From a bacterium (GTDB taxonomy: Bacteria; Patescibacteriota; Patescibacteriia; Patescibacteriales; Patescibacteriaceae): DNA of 64,000 bases. The DNA lies in NCBI GenBank assembly GCA_035438725.1, contig DAORIW010000002.1:2882-66881 (forward strand). The letters are read 5' to 3'. The notes under the pieces are model-generated. The model saw only the letters and a program-made list of their open reading frames with translations. It was not told the DNA's origin and did no database searches. Both the position numbers and the translations under genes were made by a program. This document shows positions 40,059-47,519 of this stretch, piece by piece (position 1 is the stretch's first letter; each line of letters opens with the position of its first letter).

Positions 40059-41186
40059 ATGAAAACAACTGAAATACGACAAATTATAAAAAATTTACCA
40101 AGAATACCCAATATCGCTTATTTGCATGAAGCGCCGGTTATTCATTCAGGTTTTCCATCATGCTTTAACCTTTCTTTTGGTGAGTATGAGTTATTGAGAG
40201 AATTTAATGGCCAATACTTAGTGTATGACCATGATTGTATCTATTCAAAGATACAGCCTTGCATTAGACACCAAGACTGGGAAACAATTGTTAAAGATGA
40301 AAAGAATCGCTGGCGTTATCTTTCTTTATTTAATATGGCTGATGTTTCAGGATTGATTATAAAACAAAATAATAAAGAACAGGAGGAATTGGGCAAGCAC
40401 GCTATTTTCTCGTTTGTACATTTTATTGTTTCACTTGGTCTAAAAAAAGAAAATTTACGAATCTCTTACTTTGCTGGTGGAAAGGTAAGGGATGTTACTA
40501 AAGGAAAGTATGAGTTAGAAACATACATTCCATCAGATCCCTTAAAAGATTATTGGAAGTCTTTAGGTATTAGTGAAAATCAGTTTATTTCAGATGCAAC
40601 TCGCGATACCTTTTTAGCTTTACAAGTATTTGGTTTACCTACTCCTTGGGGGTACCGCAATGAGATAAATTATTTGCATGACGGAAAATTACTTGATATT
40701 GGAACGGTTGAGTATATGAAATTTGAACCTGTGTTTGTAGATAAAAAGATTATAGCGCTTAAACCTTTTCGTCATTCTTTAGGAATTTCCGCAGTCGGTG
40801 TCGAGCGATTATTAATGATAATTAATAACCATGCAAACGTGTATGATATTGATATTATTGAACCGCTCATTCATGAAGTATTAGAAAGGTGTGAAAAAAA
40901 AGATAAGATTCAAGCAATGATTATAGTTCAGGCTATTCGAGCTCTGCACCAAATTATTTCTGACGGGGGAATATACTCTCGTTTAAACACTCGACGTAAA
41001 GAGTATGTACGTATGTTTTGTAGGGGTATGGTAGCAGCGGCCAAAAAAATAAACTATAATCTTTCCTCAATAAATATAAAAAAAATCTTGCAATTGAATG
41101 CAAAATTGCAATCATTCTATCCTCAGTTATTAAATAATATTGAAATAACGGGGCAAGAGATTCAAGCAAGAGTTAATCAATTATAA
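40059..41186 (+). CDS. Stand-alone, diverged alanyl-tRNA synthetase catalytic-domain (class IIc) paralog, 375 aa
   Basis: Collinear with the AlaRS N-terminus: TEIRQ; [11 protein letters not shown] vs [24 protein letters not shown] vs [24 protein letters not shown] vs CGPCTEIFYDHG; VEYMKF vs [28 protein letters not shown] vs [33 protein letters not shown] vs IRSCAFLIADG. No editing or C-Ala domains. Confidence 0.75.
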   Translation: [375 protein letters not shown]

Positions 41187-41207
41187 AAAAAATATGTAAA
41201 AAAATAA

Positions 41208-41279
41208 AGGGACGTAGCTCAATAGTAGAGCGTCTGCCGTATATGCAGATAGTTGAAGGTGCAAATCCTTCCGTCCCGA
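41208..41279 (+). tRNA. Atypical tRNA-like gene 1 (UAU at the anticodon position)
   Basis: Cloverleaf (A)GGGACG-TA-GCTC-AATAGTA-GAGC-G-TCTGC-CGTATAT-GCAGA-TAGTT-GAAGG-TGCAAAT-CCTTC-CGTCCC(G)-A. G at position 33, no G18G19, G at position 55, A1 opposite G72. Confidence 0.6.
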
Positions 41280-41290
41280 CACATAAATAA

Positions 41291-41375
41291 AGGGAGGTGG
41301 CGAAATTGGTAAACGCACTTACGTAAAAGTAAGCGACTGAAATGTCTTGGGGGTTCAAGCCCCCCCCCCTCCCGA
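41291..41375 (+). tRNA. Atypical type-II tRNA-like gene 2 (Leu-like, UAA/AAA region)
   Basis: (A)GGGAGG-TG-GCGAAATTGGTAAACGC-A-CTTAC-GTAAAA-GTAAG, long variable arm, GGGGG-TTCAAGC-CCCCC, two extra C, CCTCCC(G)-A. 6-nt anticodon loop and a C9 run. Confidence 0.5.
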
Positions 41376-41398
41376 CTAGCTTATGTAAAAATTTTAAT

Positions 41399-41470
41399 AG
41401 GGGCGTAGCTCAATAGTAGAGCGTCTGTTTTACCTACAGAAGACTGGAAGTGCAATTCTTCCCGTCCCGA
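41399..41470 (+). tRNA. Atypical tRNA-like gene 3 (UAC at the anticodon position)
   Basis: (A)GGGGCG-TA-GCTC-AATAGTA-GAGC-G-TCTGT-TTTACCT-ACAGA-AGACT-GGAAG-TGCAATT-CTTCC-CGTCCC(G)-A. C at position 37, no G18G19, G at position 55. Confidence 0.6.
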
Positions 41471-41527
41471 CAAGTAAGTATTTATACTATAAAATACTCC
41501 TTTCGAAGTGTTCTATAATTACTAAAT

Positions 41528-43750
41528 TTATTTCCCATACTCACAGCTTTTACTACTACAGCGTGGTTCCTCTTTTCCTTCAACTAACGGTTGTCCGCAA
41601 TCAGGGCACATGTCGCCCGTTGGTTTGCTATTGAAAGCAGTCTTGCAATCAGGGTAACGATCACAGGCATAGAAGATTCCACGGCGACTTCTTTTTTGAA
41701 CAATATTACCTTCTTTACAGACTGGACATGTAATCGTTGGTCCTTCGCTCACATTTAGATTTTTAATATTCTTGCATTTTGGATAATTACTACAACCTAA
41801 GAATGGACCGAAGCGCCCAGTTTTTATCGCCATCGGACTACCACATTTTTCACAGACATCGTCTTTATGTTTTTCGGTTAAGGCTTTCATTTTCTCATCC
41901 ATCTCGGGTGAGTTCTTGTCCATGGATTTAATATTTTTACATTCCGGGAAATTACTGCAACCTAAAAATGATCCAAAGCGCCCCGTTTTAATTACCATCG
42001 GACTTCCGCATTTCTCACATTTTTCATCGGATAGTTTTTCTGGCATAATATCGTCCTTTTTTACTTCTTCATACTTGGCGGTCAGGTTGGTATGAAAAGG
42101 ACCATAGAATTCACTGAGAACTGGTTTCCATTCTTTCTCGCCTTCGGCAATTTCATCCAAATCATTTTCTAGTTTTGCGGTAAATTCTAAGTCAACAATA
42201 TTTGGAAAATGGGCGACTAATAAATCAATAACAATCCCGGCGATGTCAGTTGGTTTCAAACGTTTGTTTTCATCGCGGCCCACATAATTTCTCGCCTCAA
42301 TTGTACTAATTGTCGGGGCGTAGGTTGAAGGTCGACCAATACCATATTTTTCTAATTCTTTAACGAGAGTCGCATCGCTGTAGCGAGCTGGTGGTTTGGT
42401 AAAATGTTGTTCCGGTTTTAATTCTTTAAGGTCAACAATATCTTTTTCTTTTACTTCAGGTAAAAGCATTTCCTGACTTTTTTCCGGGTAGATTTTTAAA
42501 TATCCTTGAAAGAAAATTGTTTGACCGGTTGCCCGAAACTCACCGCGGCCAGCGGTAACGTCAATGGCTACTTGATCTAATTCGGCGGGCGGCATTTGGC
42601 TGGCTACCGCGCGCTGCCAAATTAATCGGTATAATTTTAATTGATTAGGTGCCAAAAAATCTTCTAAACTTTCTGGAGTACGACTTACCTCGGAAGGGCG
42701 AATTGCTTCATGAGCTTCTTGCGCGCCTTTTGATTTAGTCTTAAATCGTCGGGGTTCTTCTAAAGCATATTCTTTACCGAGGGTTGAGATTAAATGTTCT
42801 CGAGACTCATCAAGAAATTTTTGCGATAAATTTAAGGAGTCGGTACGCATGTAGGTAATCAAACCAATACTACCTTCCGGACCTAATTCCACACCTTCAT
42901 AGAGTTGTTGAGCGAGCATCATTGTTTGTTTGGCTGAAAAACCAAGCATCCGGTTAGCAGTTTGTTGTAAGCTCGAGGTAGTGAACGGGGAAGGGGCGGT
43001 TTTTTTAGCGCGTTTTTTTTCAACGGCGGCGATAGTATATTTTTCTTTGCTTAATTCAGTTACTAAGGCTGTGGCCGCTTCCTCGCTTTTAATTTCTAAT
43101 TTATCAAGTGTCTTACCATTGATTTTATTTAATTCGGCGGTAAATTCTTGTTTATTTGATGTTATGAGATCAGCGGCTAATGTCCAATATTCATCAGTTT
43201 TAAAAGCCTCAATTTCTCGTTCACGCTCAACTATTAAACGCACCGCTACTGATTGAACACGACCAGCCGATAAACCACGAGCAACTTTTTTCCATAAGAA
43301 AGGAGAAAGTTCATAACCAACCAAGCGATCTAGAATACGTCGTGCTTGTTGAGCATCTACTAATTTATTATTAATTGTTCGAGGATGAGCCAAAGCTTCT
43401 TCAATTGCTTCCTTGGTAATTTCATGAAAAACAATCCGCTGGGTTTTGTCAGTCGGTAATTTTAATGCTTCGGCTAAATGCCAGGCAATCGCTTCTCCTT
43501 CGCGGTCTTCGTCGGAGGCGAGAATTACTTCGGTGGCTTTATCGGCTAATTTTTTTAATTTAGTAACGGTTTTTTTAGCTTTAGTTGGAATAATATATTG
43601 CGGCGCAAAGTCATGCTCAACGTTAATGCCTAATTTTGATTTTGGCAAATCACGAATATGGCCGAATGATGATTCGACATTAAAACCTTTGCCTAAAAAT
43701 TTGGCGATGGTTTTTGCTTTGGTTGGTGATTCGACAATAACTAATTTCAT
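41528..43750 (-). CDS. topA: DNA topoisomerase I with C-terminal zinc ribbons
   Basis: MKLVIVESPTKAKTI Toprim start, active-site region ITYMRTDS, repeated C-x2-C...C-x5-C fingers. Confidence 0.95.
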   Translation of the reverse strand: MKLVIVESPTKAKTIAKFLGKGFNVESSFGHIRDLPKSKLGINVEHDFAPQYIIPTKAKKTVTKLKKLADKATEVILASDEDREGEAIAWHLAEALKLPTDKTQRIVFHEITKEAIEEALAHPRTINNKLVDAQQARRILDRLVGYELSPFLWKKVARGLSAGRVQSVAVRLIVEREREIEAFKTDEYWTLAADLITSNKQEFTAELNKINGKTLDKLEIKSEEAATALVTELSKEKYTIAAVEKKRAKKTAPSPFTTSSLQQTANRMLGFSAKQTMMLAQQLYEGVELGPEGSIGLITYMRTDSLNLSQKFLDESREHLISTLGKEYALEEPRRFKTKSKGAQEAHEAIRPSEVSRTPESLEDFLAPNQLKLYRLIWQRAVASQMPPAELDQVAIDVTAGRGEFRATGQTIFFQGYLKIYPEKSQEMLLPEVKEKDIVDLKELKPEQHFTKPPARYSDATLVKELEKYGIGRPSTYAPTISTIEARNYVGRDENKRLKPTDIAGIVIDLLVAHFPNIVDLEFTAKLENDLDEIAEGEKEWKPVLSEFYGPFHTNLTAKYEEVKKDDIMPEKLSDEKCEKCGSPMVIKTGRFGSFLGCSNFPECKNIKSMDKNSPEMDEKMKALTEKHKDDVCEKCGSPMAIKTGRFGPFLGCSNYPKCKNIKNLNVSEGPTITCPVCKEGNIVQKRSRRGIFYACDRYPDCKTAFNSKPTGDMCPDCGQPLVEGKEEPRCSSKSCEYGK

Positions 43751-43780
43751 GAAATTGCGAAATAAAAATTATAAATAAAG

Positions 43781-44869
43781 TTAGAAAAGACGAATATAAC
43801 TCATGTTTCCGGTGTTTTTTACGAGTCCTTTTAATTCCATAATAGTCAGTCTACTGTTTATCAGCCCCATGTCAAGTTTAGTATTCTGTCTAATTTCGTT
43901 GATATGCCTTGGTTCATGACTAAGAAATTTTAAAATCAAGGTTTCTTCTGGAGAAAGAGTAATGGTTTCTTTTACAGGATTTTTTTCTTGTAAGTTTTCA
44001 AGTTTTAGAATTTTTAGAATATCAGATGTTTCGGTAATTAAGGCCGCACCTTGCTTTATTAAATTATTAGTTCCTCGTGATAGGGGAGAATAAATATTTC
44101 CTGGTACTGCCATTACTTCCCGATTCTCTTGGAGGGCATAGTGGGCGCTAATTAATGCCCCGGATTTTTCCGAAGCTTCTATTAATAGTGTAGCTTGAGC
44201 GAGTCCAGCAATAATTCGATTGCGTTGCGGAAAGTTACCTTTGAACGGTGGAGTGTCTGGAGGAAATTCAGAAATTAAACACCCACTCTGGCTAATTTTT
44301 TCTGCTAATAGTTTATTACAACTTGGATAAATATTATTAAGACCTGAACCGAGAACAGCGATCGTCTTTCCTTTTTCTTCCAGTGTTACATTATGAACTA
44401 ACTCGTCAATTCCTAAGGCTAAACCACTTATAATAATGAAATTGATTTTAGCTAGATCACGTACTAATCGCTCAACTATTTGTTTTCCGTAAGCGGATGG
44501 TCTTCGTGAGCCTACGATTGAAATCGTTGGTTGACTAAAAGAATCAGTTGTTAATATCCCTTGATAGTATAGTATCGGTGGTGGAAGATAAATTTGCTTT
44601 AAGAGAGCTGGATAGTTTGATTCATCGACACTTAGTGTTTGTATATTTTCTTCGGTTAAACTTTTTTTAAAAATTTCTATTTTGAAATTTTTTCGAAAGT
44701 AAATTAATTCGCTAATGGCCGCGTTATCCAAGCCAGCTTTTTGTAAGGCAGAAACAGGAGCTTCCCAAGCTTTTTGCCAACTAAAAAAATAGGCCCGCAA
44801 TCGCTTGAGACGAGAGGGGCCTATTTTATTGCACTGGCTTATCGCCAGCAGAAAATCTTTTTCTTCCAT
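43781..44869 (-). CDS. dprA: DNA-processing protein DprA (Smf)
   Basis: Rossmann core IVGSRRPSAYG...SGLALGIDE...AVLGSGL...GAL; C-terminal wHTH. Confidence 0.9.
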   Translation of the reverse strand: MEEKDFLLAISQCNKIGPSRLKRLRAYFFSWQKAWEAPVSALQKAGLDNAAISELIYFRKNFKIEIFKKSLTEENIQTLSVDESNYPALLKQIYLPPPILYYQGILTTDSFSQPTISIVGSRRPSAYGKQIVERLVRDLAKINFIIISGLALGIDELVHNVTLEEKGKTIAVLGSGLNNIYPSCNKLLAEKISQSGCLISEFPPDTPPFKGNFPQRNRIIAGLAQATLLIEASEKSGALISAHYALQENREVMAVPGNIYSPLSRGTNNLIKQGAALITETSDILKILKLENLQEKNPVKETITLSPEETLILKFLSHEPRHINEIRQNTKLDMGLINSRLTIMELKGLVKNTGNMSYIRLF

Positions 44870-44877
44870 GTTTACAT

Positions 44878-45657
44878 TTATTCAAATTCTAAGGTCAGAG
44901 GTAGATGATCGGAAATTTCATCTTGAAGAACTTCAAAATGTTTAACAGTAATATCTGGAGAAATTAAAATATAATCTGCGAATTTATCAGGTTTTGAGTA
45001 ATAGCTACTTCTCGTAGAAGTGAAGGGCGAAGATTTTACAAGATTGATCATGTTCTGTTCTAAAATTTTAATGCTTTGACAATCAGGTTGTAAATTAAAA
45101 TCACCACATAATATTTTTTTACCATTTTTAGTTTTCAGGAAATTATGTAATATAGTAGATTGCGTTAATCGTTCAGCCGTATCTTTTTTGTGTGTATCTT
45201 GTTGCCAGAGTCCATGAAGATTAAGAATGGAAAGCATTTCTGTCTCTTTAATTTTAAGATCAATCCACTGACAACTTCCTGTTATTTTCCCCCCTAAGAA
45301 TACTTTATTAGGTATCGTATTACTATAACATCGAAAGCCTCCGTGATTATTTACTAATAAGTCTTTTTTGATAAAAATAGCTTGTCCAGGAAGAGTTCCT
45401 TTTTTTAAAGGTTCATCCTGAAAATGTATAGCTTCTTTTGGAGCATGGTATTTAAAAGCTATAAAATCCGGAAGACATTTTTCAATTTCTAAAAAAATGT
45501 TTAGTCGAGCCTTATGAACCGGAGTAACCTCAGGTTCTAGACCAAATATCATTTCCTGAAAACAAAAAATATCAGTGCCGGGAGCCTGAAGTTTAATAAA
45601 ATCAATTAAGGGTTCAAAAATTTTTCCACCCCAGATATTTAAGGTGATAAGTTTCAT
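44878..45657 (-). CDS. Endonuclease/exonuclease/phosphatase (EEP) family protein
   Basis: LNIWGG..., FCFQEM, GDFN, SDHLPL motifs; start moved to ATG 45657 because the tracked N-terminus overlaps tRNA-Ile. Confidence 0.75.
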   Translation of the reverse strand: MKLITLNIWGGKIFEPLIDFIKLQAPGTDIFCFQEMIFGLEPEVTPVHKARLNIFLEIEKCLPDFIAFKYHAPKEAIHFQDEPLKKGTLPGQAIFIKKDLLVNNHGGFRCYSNTIPNKVFLGGKITGSCQWIDLKIKETEMLSILNLHGLWQQDTHKKDTAERLTQSTILHNFLKTKNGKKILCGDFNLQPDCQSIKILEQNMINLVKSSPFTSTRSSYYSKPDKFADYILISPDITVKHFEVLQDEISDHLPLTLEFE

Positions 45658-45670
45658 GAGTTTCAATATG

Positions 45671-45744
45671 TACGCCTGCTTGGACTCGAACCAAGGACCC
45701 TCGAGGTATAAGCTCGATGCTCTAACCAACTGAGCTACAGGCGC
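45671..45744 (-). tRNA. tRNA-Ile (UAU)
   Basis: GCGCCTG-TA-GCTC-AGTTGGTTA-GAGC-A-TCGAG-CTTATAC-CTCGA-GGGTC-CTTGG-TTCGAGT-CCAAG-CAGGCGT-A; canonical elbow; G1.U72. Confidence 0.85.
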
Positions 45745-45764
45745 TTACTTTACAACTTCGGTAG

Positions 45765-45838
45765 TGATCACTAGTGGACTCGAACCACCGACCTCCACGA
45801 TGTCAACGTGGCGCTCTAACCAACTGAGCTAAGCGATC
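45765..45838 (-). tRNA. tRNA-Val (GAC)
   Basis: GATCGCT-TA-GCTC-AGTTGGTTA-GAGC-G-CCACG-TTGACAT-CGTGG-AGGTC-GGTGG-TTCGAGT-CCACT-AGTGATC-A. Confidence 0.9.
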
Positions 45839-45887
45839 TCTTAATCTTTTTTACGTTACCACTTAAAATTTATTTCTTCAAGAGAGA

Positions 45888-47066
45888 TTAGACTTTAAGT
45901 AGAGCGATTTTTTTTTCAAATTCAGTAATTAATGATTGAGAGGCTTCCGTCAGCGGTTGAGCTAATGAAATATGAGCTAAATTTCGACTACCTTGACCCT
46001 TAAAATTTTCTGTTAGTTCAAGCGCATTGAGATTGCGGACACTGTGAACAATTACCTGAGTTTTCATATCCTCCTCGTATATCAGCACAATTATTTCGGC
46101 ATTAGGCATATTAATAATCAACTCATCGATGATGTCAGCTAGATGATTAGGACTAGTAGTTGTTTCGTTGAAGTCGGAAGTTTTAATAATTGACCAGACT
46201 AAACGGCCATCTAATTTTTCTTTTAAACCAGTTAATACTCGTCCCCAAAGTTTTAGAACATTTAATTGTCGTGAACGATAGAGCGCATTTATTATTTCTT
46301 CTCGTCGTCCACCGATGGTTACTAGTTTGGAAGCAACTGTTAAAGCATGGGGTGTAATATGAGGTGTCTTAAAACTTTTAGTTTCGGTAATTAACCCCGT
46401 TAATAAGCAGGTGGCGATATCTTCAGTTATTTTTTCCTCGCCATGGCTTGAAAAAAGATCATATAAAATTTCGGTAACTGAAACCGCCTTAACATTTACA
46501 CTATTAATTTGTCCAAAATTTTCGTTAGCCGGGTTATGATCAATATTTATAATCGGTGTTTTGAAGAAAAACTCTGTATTTTTATTATAGATTTCACCTA
46601 ATGACTCAAGGTCGCCAGTGCCGATAACAAAAATTAGATTATATCGAAAATCTGAAGAGCGGGAAGAAATATCAGTTGGTGTAAATAATCCGCTTTTAAG
46701 CGTAACTATAAAATCAAGCGATTGTTTTTCTAAGCGATATTCAACTTGATCAACGGCAGCGTTGGTTATATTTAACGAGACAATAAATTTTCGTACATTA
46801 TCAAGCTGGTGAGCGATAGTTTGAAAGTTGGGTAGGAACGAGTAAGAAGAAGGGGAGTTAGGCTTCTCGGCCACTATATCAACTGTCTTGCCTCTTTCAA
46901 CGAGCCAGGCTTTTAAAGCCAGACTTGATGCAACGGGGTCACCAAACCACTCCTTACTAAAGGTAATAAGGATACGGGAAGCTTTATCAACTTGCTCGAT
47001 GATTTGTTGATCGATAGTCAGCATAGATGGCTTAGAGAAAGAGCCGCTTTTGAGCGACTCTGACAA
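45888..47066 (-). CDS. DHH/DHHA1-family paralog with degenerate catalytic motifs
   Basis: NrnA-like architecture, but motif I reads FGDPVASS (not DGDALGS) and motif III reads IDHNP (not DHH); the start may instead be ATG 47024 (MLTIDQQ). Confidence 0.68.
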   Translation of the reverse strand: MSESLKSGSFSKPSMLTIDQQIIEQVDKASRILITFSKEWFGDPVASSLALKAWLVERGKTVDIVAEKPNSPSSYSFLPNFQTIAHQLDNVRKFIVSLNITNAAVDQVEYRLEKQSLDFIVTLKSGLFTPTDISSRSSDFRYNLIFVIGTGDLESLGEIYNKNTEFFFKTPIINIDHNPANENFGQINSVNVKAVSVTEILYDLFSSHGEEKITEDIATCLLTGLITETKSFKTPHITPHALTVASKLVTIGGRREEIINALYRSRQLNVLKLWGRVLTGLKEKLDGRLVWSIIKTSDFNETTTSPNHLADIIDELIINMPNAEIIVLIYEEDMKTQVIVHSVRNLNALELTENFKGQGSRNLAHISLAQPLTEASQSLITEFEKKIALLKV

Positions 47067-47202
47067 ATATATAAGATGGTGAGAGATTCAGATTCCCGTT
47101 TATACGAGAATAAACCAATATTTCAATTTAAAGGAAACTTTTGATGCTGTCAAGAAATTACTTAAAAGGTGGTAAGTTTAAGCCAATGATAGAGAAAAAT
47201 AC

Positions 47203-47231
47203 TTGACAGTGAGGGTTTTCGTTATTATACT
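47203..47231 (+). promoter_or_regulatory. Promoter TTGACA-17-TATACT for tRNA-Glu
   Basis: TTGACA 47203-47208, TATACT 47226-47231, about 22 nt before the tRNA 5' end. Confidence 0.6.
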
Positions 47232-47253
47232 ACAGGGAGTAAATTAATCTTAT

Positions 47254-47325
47254 GGTCCCTTCGTCTAACGGTTAGGACGCCAGGTTTTCATCCTGGTAAC
47301 AGGGGTTCGATTCCCCTAGGGACTA
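47254..47325 (+). tRNA. tRNA-Glu (UUC)
   Basis: GGTCCCT-TC-GTCT-AACGGTTA-GGAC-G-CCAGG-TTTTCAT-CCTGG-TAAC-AGGGG-TTCGATT-CCCCT-AGGGACT-A; G1.U72. Confidence 0.9.
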
Positions 47326-47519
47326 CATTAATTAGTGATAGTTATTCACTTCTTTGAGGCCACGAATTTTTTGAGATCTTTAGGTTGGTTTTGATCAGAA
47401 GATAATTTTATTGATTCCATATTATACGGCTGTACAAATTTATTATTGATTTGTCTCTCTTCGTGGATAATGTTATATTGAGAAAACTAAATAATATATA
47501 CGGAGATATAATTACCTCT

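Noticed and set aside
40059-41186. Interpreting the AlaRS-like gene as the N-terminal half of a split, functional alaS
   Set aside because: This is not excluded, but I consider it less likely. The key motif residues are substituted (FNMADVSG for [10 protein letters not shown], plus the pocket residues), and no C-terminal half is adjacent. It needs whole-genome context.
41173-41358. 61-aa minus-strand ORF
   Set aside because: It is antisense to tRNA-like genes 1 and 2 and has no independent coding evidence.
45658-45729. N-terminal extension of the EEP-family ORF (MVRASSLYLEGPWFESKQAYILKL)
   Set aside because: The extension is the reverse reading of tRNA-Ile(UAU). The family-typical N-terminus MKLITLNIWGG starts at ATG 45657.
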